From contig CALXLL010000002.1 in assembly GCA_944389185.1 (NCBI GenBank), positions 19,004 to 83,003 on the forward strand: a stretch of 64,000 nt of DNA. The letters are read 5' to 3'. The notes below the pieces were generated by a model. The model did no database searches and was not told where the DNA came from. It was given only the letters and a program-made list of their open reading frames with translations. Numbering within the stretch: position 1 is the stretch's first letter; each line of letters starts with the position of its first letter. Source of the stretch: an uncultured Alphaproteobacteria bacterium. Its GTDB lineage: Bacteria > Pseudomonadota > Alphaproteobacteria > Rs-D84. Positions 38,246 through 46,553 of this stretch are shown here, one piece after another. Made by a program: the position numbers and the translations under genes.

Positions 38246-39072
38246 ACTTGGATTCATTAAAATCTTTACCGCCTGTTGCAGAAATGATGCGCGATTGTGG
38301 TCTGGAACCTAAAAAGCAATTTGGACAGAACTTTTTATTTGATTTGAATTTAACCGGTAAAATAGCAAGGTCTGTTCCGAATATAGAACGTTCCGTTGTT
38401 GTTGAAATAGGACCGGGGCCTGCTGGTTTAACCAGGGCTTTACTTATGGCCGGCGCAGAAAAAGTAATTGCGATTGAAAAAGATAAAACCACGAAACCAA
38501 TTTTAGATAAAGTTATTCAGGCATCATATGGTCGACTTGAAGTTATTTTTGGTGACGCTTTGAAAGTTGATTTTGAAAGTCTTGGTATAGGTAAGTATGC
38601 AATTTGTTCTAATTTACCTTATAATGTCGGGACCGAGCTTTTAATAGGCTGGTTACAAAAAATAGCATCAGGTGCAAAGATTACTTCTATGACTTTGATG
38701 TTTCAAAAAGAAGTGGCACAACGTATCGTTGCAAAGGTCGGTGATTGTCAATATGGGCGGTTATCAGTTTTGTGCGGCTTAATAACCGATGCTAAGATTT
38801 TGTTTGACGTTCCTAATACGGCGTTTGTGCCGCGGCCTAAAGTTCAATCGGCGGTTGTTCAGTTGATTCCGAATAAAGAAAAAATGCAAAAATTGGGTGA
38901 CTTAAAAAATATAGAGCAAATAACGGCAAAACTATTCGGTCAAAGACGTAAGATGATACGTGGTATAATATCTGGTTTTGATTGGAGTTCTGTTGGTTTG
39001 GCTGGAACAGAAAGGGCAGAAGAGTTATCACCGAATAAGTTTGTAGAAATATCTAAAAAACTAGTGTTATGA
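38242..39072 (+). CDS. rsmA: 16S rRNA (adenine1518/1519-N6)-dimethyltransferase
   Basis: KKQFGQNFLFD and VVEIGPGPAGLT SAM motifs, plus NLPYNV. Confidence 0.93.
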   Translation: MNLDSLKSLPPVAEMMRDCGLEPKKQFGQNFLFDLNLTGKIARSVPNIERSVVVEIGPGPAGLTRALLMAGAEKVIAIEKDKTTKPILDKVIQASYGRLEVIFGDALKVDFESLGIGKYAICSNLPYNVGTELLIGWLQKIASGAKITSMTLMFQKEVAQRIVAKVGDCQYGRLSVLCGLITDAKILFDVPNTAFVPRPKVQSAVVQLIPNKEKMQKLGDLKNIEQITAKLFGQRRKMIRGIISGFDWSSVGLAGTERAEELSPNKFVEISKKLVL

Positions 39073-39118
39073 AAATACTTTTTTGATATAATTTTAATAG
39101 TGGGTTCAGGAGAGAGAA

Positions 39119-40822
39119 ATGTCACTATCTATTTTAATATTTTTTTTAATAATGTTTGCGCTGGTATTTATTTTACGCAGCGTTAAAGTTGGGGTCTTGG
39201 TTGCATTTTTACTGGCTGGTATAATATCTGGACCTTATGTCTTGAATCTTTTTGAATTGACAGATGCTTGGACGTTTCTTGGCGATTTAGGAATCATGTT
39301 TTTATGGTTTAACATCGGATTGGAAATAAACATAAAGCGATTGTGGAATATGCGGCATACGATTTTTGGTTTCGGTGCGGCGCAAGTTTTAATGGTTGCA
39401 GTAATGCTGTTCCCTGTTTTATTCGGTGTAACGTCTTGGGGAATTATGGGATGTATAATGGTTTCTTTGTTATTAGCAATGTCCAGCACTTCTGAAGACT
39501 TGCAATTATTAACAGACAGAAATCAATTAAATACTGAAGTAGGAAGACAGACTTTTTCTATTTTACTGTTCCAAGATTTATTATCTATACCGCTTCTTGC
39601 GATGTTACCGGTGTTTGCAGGGAAAAGTTTTAATTTAGGTGCAACGGCAATTGATATTTTAGTTTTATCTGTGTCTTTGGTATTGGGGGTCGTAATTGTC
39701 GGTCGTTTAATATTAAACCCATTGTTTAAATTGGTTTCAAAGTTAAGGTCAAAAGAAGTTTTCTTAATAGCGATAATGTTAAATATCGTGTTATTTGCTT
39801 TATTATTACAATGGTTAGGTTTACCTATGGGGCTTGGTGCTTTCTTGGCGGGTATGCTTATGTCGGAAACAATATACAGGCATCAGATAACCGCAGAAAT
39901 CAGTCCTTATTCAATGTTGTTTCTTGCGTTCTTTTTCATAGCTTTAGGAATGGGATTAAAGTTAGATTTATTATTGGATAATTGGTTAGTTATTTTACTT
40001 GGTTTATTAATATTGGTATTCGTTAAGTTCTTTGCGTTGTTTATGGTTGCCAGGGTCAGAAAAGTCCCAAATTATGAAGCGGCATTCATAGCTTTGATAT
40101 TGGCGCAGGGCGGCGAGTTTGGTTTGTTAATGTTACAGACCATGAAAATTAGCGGTATAAACATTTTGCCGGAAGTTCACCAAGAGATTTTAACGGCAAT
40201 AATAATACTTTCTATTATGTTAACTCCGTTCTTAATAGGTATATATGACTTTTTAAGAACTAAGGGAATTATATTTAGCAATTCTTCTATCAAGGAAGAA
40301 AAATCTGATACGGATAAACCTGAAGTAATAATATGTGGCTTCGGCCGAGTGGGTCAAATCGTTACAGAAATGATGATAGCAGAAAACATTCCGTATGTTG
40401 CACTTGATATGGACGTTAATACGGTTATGCTGGGGCGCGAGCGCGGTTTTAATGTCGTATATGGTGACGCAACGCATTCAGATGTTTTAAAGGAAATAGG
40501 TATGATGCCCCGCAGAACAAAAGCGGTAGTCATCGCTTTGGATAATGTATCTACGGCTATTGATACCATAGAGACTGTAAAAGAAGTTGCACCGAAAGCA
40601 AAAATATTTGCACGTGCCAGAAACCTAGCGGATACCAAAGTTTTATTAAAAGAAGGCGTAGAAGAAGCTTTACCAGAAACAATAGAGTCTTCTTTCTTCC
40701 TTGGGCGAGGTGTGCTTAGCCATTTAGGTATATCAGATAACAAGATAGAAAACCTGCTTAGTTATATGCGACAAGATAATTATTCTATGTTGGATGATAA
40801 CGCTGTGGCGGACGAGCAATAA
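39119..40822 (+). CDS. kefB: CPA2-family K+/H+ antiporter with C-terminal TrkA-N (RCK) domain
   Basis: Polytopic Na_H-exchanger-type N-half. The Rossmann motif ICGFGRVGQ sits in the C-half. Confidence 0.8.
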   Translation: MSLSILIFFLIMFALVFILRSVKVGVLVAFLLAGIISGPYVLNLFELTDAWTFLGDLGIMFLWFNIGLEINIKRLWNMRHTIFGFGAAQVLMVAVMLFPVLFGVTSWGIMGCIMVSLLLAMSSTSEDLQLLTDRNQLNTEVGRQTFSILLFQDLLSIPLLAMLPVFAGKSFNLGATAIDILVLSVSLVLGVVIVGRLILNPLFKLVSKLRSKEVFLIAIMLNIVLFALLLQWLGLPMGLGAFLAGMLMSETIYRHQITAEISPYSMLFLAFFFIALGMGLKLDLLLDNWLVILLGLLILVFVKFFALFMVARVRKVPNYEAAFIALILAQGGEFGLLMLQTMKISGINILPEVHQEILTAIIILSIMLTPFLIGIYDFLRTKGIIFSNSSIKEEKSDTDKPEVIICGFGRVGQIVTEMMIAENIPYVALDMDVNTVMLGRERGFNVVYGDATHSDVLKEIGMMPRRTKAVVIALDNVSTAIDTIETVKEVAPKAKIFARARNLADTKVLLKEGVEEALPETIESSFFLGRGVLSHLGISDNKIENLLSYMRQDNYSMLDDNAVADEQ

Positions 40823-40927
40823 TATATACAACATATCAAAAACTATAAAAGCCTTGTTATATAACGGGGCTTTTATATTTGATTTTATCTTTTTGTCTTG
40901 ATATATTCTTTTAAAACGGGGAAAATC

Positions 40928-41473
40928 ATGAAGAAAAAAATATTAACTTATATCGCTATTATATTTTCTGTGATAATTTTTGATCAATTAATCAAAGACA
41001 TTTTATTATATTTGATTACGGGCGGTGTTCCTTTGTATGGTTCTGCTTGGGAAATAGTTCCTGTGCCGTATTTAATGGCGCAAGTTTGTGATTTCTTTAA
41101 TATTGTTTTCACTTGGAATCCGGGAACATCTTTTTCTATGTTCAGAACGTTGGGTGAAGCTGCACCTTTCATAATGGTTGTTTTCACAGGTTTTATCATA
41201 GGATTGATAGGTTATTATGCTTTTACCCGTGCAGCATCTTATGAAAAATGGCCTTTAGCATTGATTTTAGGCGGTGCAATGGGCAATTTAATAGATAGAA
41301 TTCGTTTTGGGGCTGTGATAGATTTTCTTGATTTTCATATAGGTGGTTTGCATTGGCCTGCTTTTAACGTTGCCGATGCTTGTATTGTAATAGGTGTTGG
41401 ACTATATATATTAAACTGGTTCATAGCCAGAAGAAAATGTATAAACAGCATTAAAGAAAAAGGTGATAAATAA
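40928..41473 (+). CDS. lspA: lipoprotein signal peptidase (signal peptidase II)
   Basis: ..NPGTSFSM.., ..GGAMGNLIDR.. and ..FNVADA.. motifs. The ATG at 40928 is preferred over the track start. Confidence 0.92.
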   Translation: MKKKILTYIAIIFSVIIFDQLIKDILLYLITGGVPLYGSAWEIVPVPYLMAQVCDFFNIVFTWNPGTSFSMFRTLGEAAPFIMVVFTGFIIGLIGYYAFTRAASYEKWPLALILGGAMGNLIDRIRFGAVIDFLDFHIGGLHWPAFNVADACIVIGVGLYILNWFIARRKCINSIKEKGDK

Positions 41474-41475
41474 TC

Positions 41476-43059
41476 ATGGTTAAGTTTTTAGATAATAATT
41501 CTGGTTTTAATCAGTGGAATGCGAATAGGAATAAGGAAGCTAAGAAATCCGGTTGGGGCGGATTTTTATGGTGGATAGTATTATTTTTATTTTCTTGGTG
41601 GTTGATAGGTTTATGGTTGGGACCAAAGGAAACAGTTAATCCGCCGGCAGCAACTGAACAGCAATTAATAGAAGAGGTTACAGACGTTCCGGTTACGAAC
41701 ATTGCTTCGGATAAGCTGAGTGTTGATGTGCAAGGTTTGCGTTTCTCTAATATGGATTTAAAAGATTTTCCAAAAAATGCGGATGCGTCAGATAAAAATA
41801 ATCCAATTCGTCTATTGGGCGGGAAAAATAATTTTATTGAAGTTGGCTTGATTGGTGGGGGGACAAGCGCCCCGACGGCTAACACTATTTGGAATAATAA
41901 AGGCGGTATATTATCATGGAAAAATTCAGATGGTGTAAGCTTTACAAGAACTTTAAGCGTTAAAGATTATATAATTAAAATTACTGATAGGATACAGAAT
42001 ACAACCAAGCAAGATTTGTCTTTTGCGCCTTATGCAAGAATAGTTCGTGATAATGATATGCAATCTTCCGCTGGTGTTTATACTGGGTTGGTGGCATATG
42101 TTAATTCCGATATAGAACACGAAGATTGGCATAAGTTAGATAAAAAATCTTATGCGTATTCTACTACTTCTGGTTTTGCCGGTTTTGTAGATCAATATTG
42201 GGAAACAATAGTCAGTATAGACAGCCCAGACCAGACGGTTATATCAAAAAAGTTGGCCGATAAATATACTGCAGATGTTGCGGCGGCTCCTGTTCAAGTA
42301 AAATCCGGACAAAGTGCAGAAATAGAAACTTATATATTTGCGGGTCCGCGTGATAGGTCTGCTTTGGAACAGGCTTCTAATATAATATCCGGGATAGAAG
42401 AAACCGTAGATTATGGTTGGTTTTGGTTTTTAGCAATGCCTATGCTGTGGATATTAGGCGTTATTAATTCTTTTGTTATGAATTACGGCGTTGCGATAAT
42501 CATTCTAACGATTTTGTTAAGATTTGCTATGTGGCCGCTTACAAGAAAGTCTTATACTTCAATGATAGCCATGCAAAAAATGCAGCCGGAAATGCTAAGA
42601 TTGCAAAAACTGTATGGGAATGATAAAGCAAGGTTACAGATGGAAATGATGAAGTTATATCAGACGCATAAGACTTCACCTATGTCTGGATGCTTGCCTA
42701 TGTTATTGCAAATACCTATTTTCTTTGCGTTATATAAGGCTTTATTAATTTCTGTCCAGATGAGAAGTGCAAGCTTTTTATGGATAAAAGATTTAGCTGC
42801 AATGGATCCTTATTTTATCTTACCTATATTAATGGGGTTAACTATGTGGTTGCAGCAATATTTGCAAAGCGCTAAAACGCCGGATAATAAAGATAAGAAT
42901 GACCCTGCTGCACAGACGCAAAAGGTTATGAAATGGATGCCATTAATATTTACAGTTATGTTTGCTTGGATGCCGGCAGGGTTGGTTTTATATTGGACCG
43001 TATCTAATATATTCGGTATCGTTCAAATGTATATAATAAAACGTCGTGCTGCTAAATAA
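41476..43059 (+). CDS. yidC: membrane protein insertase YidC
   Basis: N-terminal TM, a large periplasmic P1 domain and the 60-kDa IMP core (..YGVAIIILTILLRFAMWPLT.., ..GCLPMLLQIPIFFALY..). Confidence 0.95.
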   Translation: MVKFLDNNSGFNQWNANRNKEAKKSGWGGFLWWIVLFLFSWWLIGLWLGPKETVNPPAATEQQLIEEVTDVPVTNIASDKLSVDVQGLRFSNMDLKDFPKNADASDKNNPIRLLGGKNNFIEVGLIGGGTSAPTANTIWNNKGGILSWKNSDGVSFTRTLSVKDYIIKITDRIQNTTKQDLSFAPYARIVRDNDMQSSAGVYTGLVAYVNSDIEHEDWHKLDKKSYAYSTTSGFAGFVDQYWETIVSIDSPDQTVISKKLADKYTADVAAAPVQVKSGQSAEIETYIFAGPRDRSALEQASNIISGIEETVDYGWFWFLAMPMLWILGVINSFVMNYGVAIIILTILLRFAMWPLTRKSYTSMIAMQKMQPEMLRLQKLYGNDKARLQMEMMKLYQTHKTSPMSGCLPMLLQIPIFFALYKALLISVQMRSASFLWIKDLAAMDPYFILPILMGLTMWLQQYLQSAKTPDNKDKNDPAAQTQKVMKWMPLIFTVMFAWMPAGLVLYWTVSNIFGIVQMYIIKRRAAK

Positions 43060-43083
43060 AAACGCCCGAAAGGGCGTTTTTAT
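43058..43083. terminator. bidirectional terminator after yidC
   Basis: AAAAACGCCCGAAAGGGCGTTTTTA. Confidence 0.8.
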
Positions 43084-43415
43084 AAGAACAATTTATATAA
43101 ACTGTCGGGTGTTTGAATAAAAACTTTTTTCATACCTATAACTTGCTTGGTAAATTGAACGCAAGTAAAAGGATGTTTTGGTTTATATTTTTTTATGTTC
43201 CCCAGATACACGAAACGCCAACCAAAAGATTCAAGGACAGATAAATCGCGTTGTGATAAATTAATAGGTATAATTTTTTTTGTTGTTATAAATTGTAATA
43301 ATATAAACCCTTTGTTTTTATTAAAAATTATCGGTGCGCAATGTTTGAAATGTCTGCAAAACAACCTGGGCATTAGTTTAGATGTTCTGGTTGAAAAAGC
43401 TATAATTATAATCAT
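43080..43415 (-). CDS. small hypothetical protein (111 aa); weak permuted NlpC/P60/LRAT-like His...Cys pattern
   Basis: AGGAAA RBS 7 nt upstream of the ATG. ..FCRHFKHCAPIIF.. (His residues) precedes ..FTCVQFTKQVIG.. (an NCEHF-like Cys motif). The family call is speculative. Confidence 0.35.
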   Translation of the reverse strand: MIIIIAFSTRTSKLMPRLFCRHFKHCAPIIFNKNKGFILLQFITTKKIIPINLSQRDLSVLESFGWRFVYLGNIKKYKPKHPFTCVQFTKQVIGMKKVFIQTPDSLYKLFL

Positions 43416-43433
43416 TTGTGTTTCCTTTATATT

Positions 43434-43784
43434 TTATTCTATCCAATCTTTTTCTTTAGCGGCTTTGTATAAGGTTGTCATAGCCGATTTCCAAAGGCTT
43501 GCTGCTTTATTTTCGGTCCAAATATATTGATGTGGTGCACGTCTTTTATCGCCGAAAAGCTTCATTGTTTCTAATTGTTCATCGGAAAGTTGACCGGATA
43601 AATAAAGTTTTGTTATAAGAGTTTCAACATCTAAAAGTTCGCAAGGTCGTTTTGTCGTATGTGTTTTTTGATATATGAAGTTTTTCTGCACTGATTTTGA
43701 ATATACAAACCAAAACCAAAGCTGTTCAGCGTTTTGAAATTTTTCTATATTTGATATATTTAATTGAGTGTTGTTTGCTTTCAT
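43434..43784 (-). CDS. small hypothetical protein (116 aa)
   Basis: Strong RBS (AAGGAGG, 6 nt, ATG). No TM. ..AEQLWFWFVYSK...LSDEQLETMKLFGDKRRAP.. has no confident family. Confidence 0.5.
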   Translation of the reverse strand: MKANNTQLNISNIEKFQNAEQLWFWFVYSKSVQKNFIYQKTHTTKRPCELLDVETLITKLYLSGQLSDEQLETMKLFGDKRRAPHQYIWTENKAASLWKSAMTTLYKAAKEKDWIE

Positions 43785-43954
43785 ATATTTCCTCCTTTTT
43801 TGTATTAAGACAAAAGTCCTAGACCGATATATAAATCAAGAATTGAAATCTGTAAAAGATTACAACCTTTGGTTGAAATGCGAATCGGATTTCTGATTCG
43901 TTAAGCGTTTTTTTTACTGTATTTACGAATCGCAGAAATCTGCATATTTGAAGT

Positions 43955-43983
43955 AATAAAAACGCACTGCGACAGCAGTGCGT
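43955..43983 (-). terminator. second minus-strand rho-independent terminator downstream of the virB10-like gene
   Basis: ACGCACTGC-TGTC-GCAGTGCGT followed by TTTTTATT on the minus strand. Confidence 0.6.
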
Positions 43984-44042
43984 TAAAACGATTTTATTTT
44001 ATATTAATATATGTATTCAATCCTTTTTTTTCAATGGTTATC

Positions 44043-44066
44043 ATAAAAAAACTGCCAAAAGGCAGT
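44043..44066 (-). terminator. rho-independent terminator of the virB8-9-10-like operon
   Basis: ACTGCC-TTTT-GGCAGT followed by TTTTTTTATGA on the minus strand, 9 nt after the stop codon. Confidence 0.75.
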
Positions 44067-44074
44067 TTAATTTT

Positions 44075-46528
44075 TTAAAGAATAGGCGGGAAGCAATCGC
44101 CACCTGTTTCTGGGCAACAGTTAAAACCTTGTTCGCCCATATCTGTATATATTTCACCTGGACAGCAGCCATATTCATCTGGTAAAGCCCCGTCTTCGCA
44201 AGTTATAACAGGCGCAGCTTCTTCTGTAACAGTTTCTGTTGTTTGTGTGAAGGGATTCAATATAGCACCTGAATCATCATAGGTAAGTCCAAGAATATCT
44301 TCGTTATAAGATTGTAATCCGGTTGATGTAGACGTATCATAATTTGTTTGGAATTGTTGCTGTTGATTTTGATAATAAGCATCTTGACGAGCATTATTTA
44401 TTGCTTCATATTGACTAGATTGGCAATAGAACAAAACCGTTCTATAATCAAGCCCTGCTTCACGAATAGCTTCTTCAACAGTCATTCCATTAACAGATGT
44501 TTTTAATTTTGTATCTGTAGATAAATCACAGAATTGTTCAAGATTAAATGAACGAACTTGTCCGGTCCAAGAACCGTCCGCATAATTAGGAACTGCTTGA
44601 TTCGCCCAATTATCATTTCTTTTATTTCTCATAGAAGCAATACTATCTGCTTGTGCTTGGCTTATAGAACATTTTTTACCGTTTCCTACGCCACAGGTCA
44701 CGACCAGGTCTGTCGGAGAATATACAGTAATACGCGTTCCTGCTGCAATAGAAAACGGTGGAACTGTATTATCCATCATATCTACAATTAATTTTTGCGC
44801 CACCTGATTCCAGGCATTTATTATTTCATTTTTAGCTAATTCAGAAGATCTTATAGTACCACTTTGCACAACTGTATTATTGTCCAAATCAATTTGATTT
44901 ACGAAAGTATCGGCAACAGGCGCAATCATATTAACTGCTGCCGGAACAATAGCGGTAAGCATAGGCATAACGAATTGTTCAAGATAGTCTGTGCTGCCAC
45001 GGCCTGGAACGCCTATACGACCTTGCGAGTCTGCAGAAAATGGATCTGAACCAGAGTTAAAATTAAACTCAACTCCATTTGGTAAAATAAACTGATACCA
45101 ATTTATTTCCATACGACCAATAGAACTATAAGGCCCCGGTAAAGTTCCCGTTAAATATCCTAACATTAATGTCCCAGCTGGTATAATAACCGTTCTGCCG
45201 TTATCTGCATATACGTTTCTATCAACGGTTGCACGAACCGGCATACTTTTTTCTCCTTGTTTATAAACAGATGGATCCGCACGAACTTCGGATACTATGG
45301 TTGCAGGAATTGGTTTATATTGACGTAAGACGAAAGTTCTGTCATATGGATCAGAAGAATATGTTGCATTACCACTGGTCCCGACAATTTCTTCCCCTTG
45401 CGTTTCTTGCGTTATCACTGCAAACCCGCCACCTGCCGAGCTTGTTGCCGTATCTGGCGTAGCATTTGTTATTCCAAGTTCTGCATCAGTTAATTGTCTT
45501 GCTTTATTTACATTTGCTTGACTTTTAGGATTGGAAAGTTGCGGTATAGTGCCATTTGTTATCGTCGTATAACCGATATGTTCGGCATCTGTTCCTATTT
45601 TTTTTCCGCTGTCGTTTATATCTGTAATAATCCCATTATCTGGATTGTAAACACCTGTTGGATTGTTGCAATCTTTATCGGAAAAAGGATGAAAATAATA
45701 AGCACCAGCTTCTGGTCTTATCCAGCCTATCTGTGTGCCAGAAGAATTATAACCAGGAAAAGCAAAATCTGAACAAGATATTGCCGGCGTTTTTTCTTCC
45801 TCTTCTTCCGTATAACCTTCTATATATACAGGTTGCGGTGTGAACTGTCTTTCCAGTGGGTCTGGTAAAGCGATAGATGCAATTTCTTCCTTAAAAGATT
45901 CTTTTACGGGTTCTTCCTTTATTACTACTTCTTCTTTCTCTTCTATAACTGGTTCTGTCTTATTTTCTACCTTTTGTTCTATTTTTTGTTCTGTCTGTTT
46001 TTCTTCCGTATTATTTTCTTCATCTGCAACGGCTCCCAATACAATAACTATTTTATTAGTTTTTTTCATCTTTTCAGGTTCGTCCACTCCGCGCCAATCT
46101 ATATATAAGGCAACAGGTTCTGTTGTGAATGGCTTCGTCGGGTTATAATCTAAAACAATTTTACATGCAGTTTTGTCATCTATAAAAGCCATTTGCGTGC
46201 AAGAGTTTAACGGTGTAGGAAAACCGTTAACTTCTTTTGTAATTCTTATGGCCATAATTTTAACCGGTGCAGAAGCATAAACTTTTACAGTTTGATTTCT
46301 GTTTTCGCCGACTTTTGTTTCTGCCCAGTTTACGGATTCGGGGCTCATAATAAGTTTTAACGGAACGTCTGAAGAAGATATTTCTGATACATCTGAATCT
46401 TCTTTATTTGTAAGCAATAGCGTCAACAATATGATTACAAGAACAAAAGCTGCAATTAGCAATAACCATTGAACTGCTTTCGGTGTTGACTTTCTTAATT
46501 CAGAAAACTGCTGTTTAATTTTATTCAT
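44075..46528 (-). CDS. virB10: VirB10/TrbI-family T4SS core protein with extra N-terminal beta-sandwich-like module, acidic linker and Cys-rich C-terminal extension
   Basis: 817 aa. TM at res 21-40. VirB10/TrbI core at about res 398-611 (..VRATVDRNVYADNGRTVIIPAGTLMLGYLTG...GRMEINWYQFILPNGVEFNF...ADSQGRIGVPGRG...PPFSIAAGTRITVYSPTDLVV). An E/K-rich linker at res 168-246 replaces the usual Pro-rich region. The tail at res 612-817 contains 10 Cys. Confidence 0.75.
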   Translation of the reverse strand: MNKIKQQFSELRKSTPKAVQWLLLIAAFVLVIILLTLLLTNKEDSDVSEISSSDVPLKLIMSPESVNWAETKVGENRNQTVKVYASAPVKIMAIRITKEVNGFPTPLNSCTQMAFIDDKTACKIVLDYNPTKPFTTEPVALYIDWRGVDEPEKMKKTNKIVIVLGAVADEENNTEEKQTEQKIEQKVENKTEPVIEEKEEVVIKEEPVKESFKEEIASIALPDPLERQFTPQPVYIEGYTEEEEEKTPAISCSDFAFPGYNSSGTQIGWIRPEAGAYYFHPFSDKDCNNPTGVYNPDNGIITDINDSGKKIGTDAEHIGYTTITNGTIPQLSNPKSQANVNKARQLTDAELGITNATPDTATSSAGGGFAVITQETQGEEIVGTSGNATYSSDPYDRTFVLRQYKPIPATIVSEVRADPSVYKQGEKSMPVRATVDRNVYADNGRTVIIPAGTLMLGYLTGTLPGPYSSIGRMEINWYQFILPNGVEFNFNSGSDPFSADSQGRIGVPGRGSTDYLEQFVMPMLTAIVPAAVNMIAPVADTFVNQIDLDNNTVVQSGTIRSSELAKNEIINAWNQVAQKLIVDMMDNTVPPFSIAAGTRITVYSPTDLVVTCGVGNGKKCSISQAQADSIASMRNKRNDNWANQAVPNYADGSWTGQVRSFNLEQFCDLSTDTKLKTSVNGMTVEEAIREAGLDYRTVLFYCQSSQYEAINNARQDAYYQNQQQQFQTNYDTSTSTGLQSYNEDILGLTYDDSGAILNPFTQTTETVTEEAAPVITCEDGALPDEYGCCPGEIYTDMGEQGFNCCPETGGDCFPPIL

Positions 46529-46553
46529 ATTTTACTTCATACAATTCGTTTAA

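Noticed and set aside
43195-43530. 111-aa + strand ORF overlapping both small minus-strand genes (43080-43415 and 43434-43784).
   Set aside because: It has no Shine-Dalgarno and bridges the intergenic gap of the opposite-strand pair. Each of those opposite-strand genes has a good RBS, and their terminators fit minus-strand transcription.
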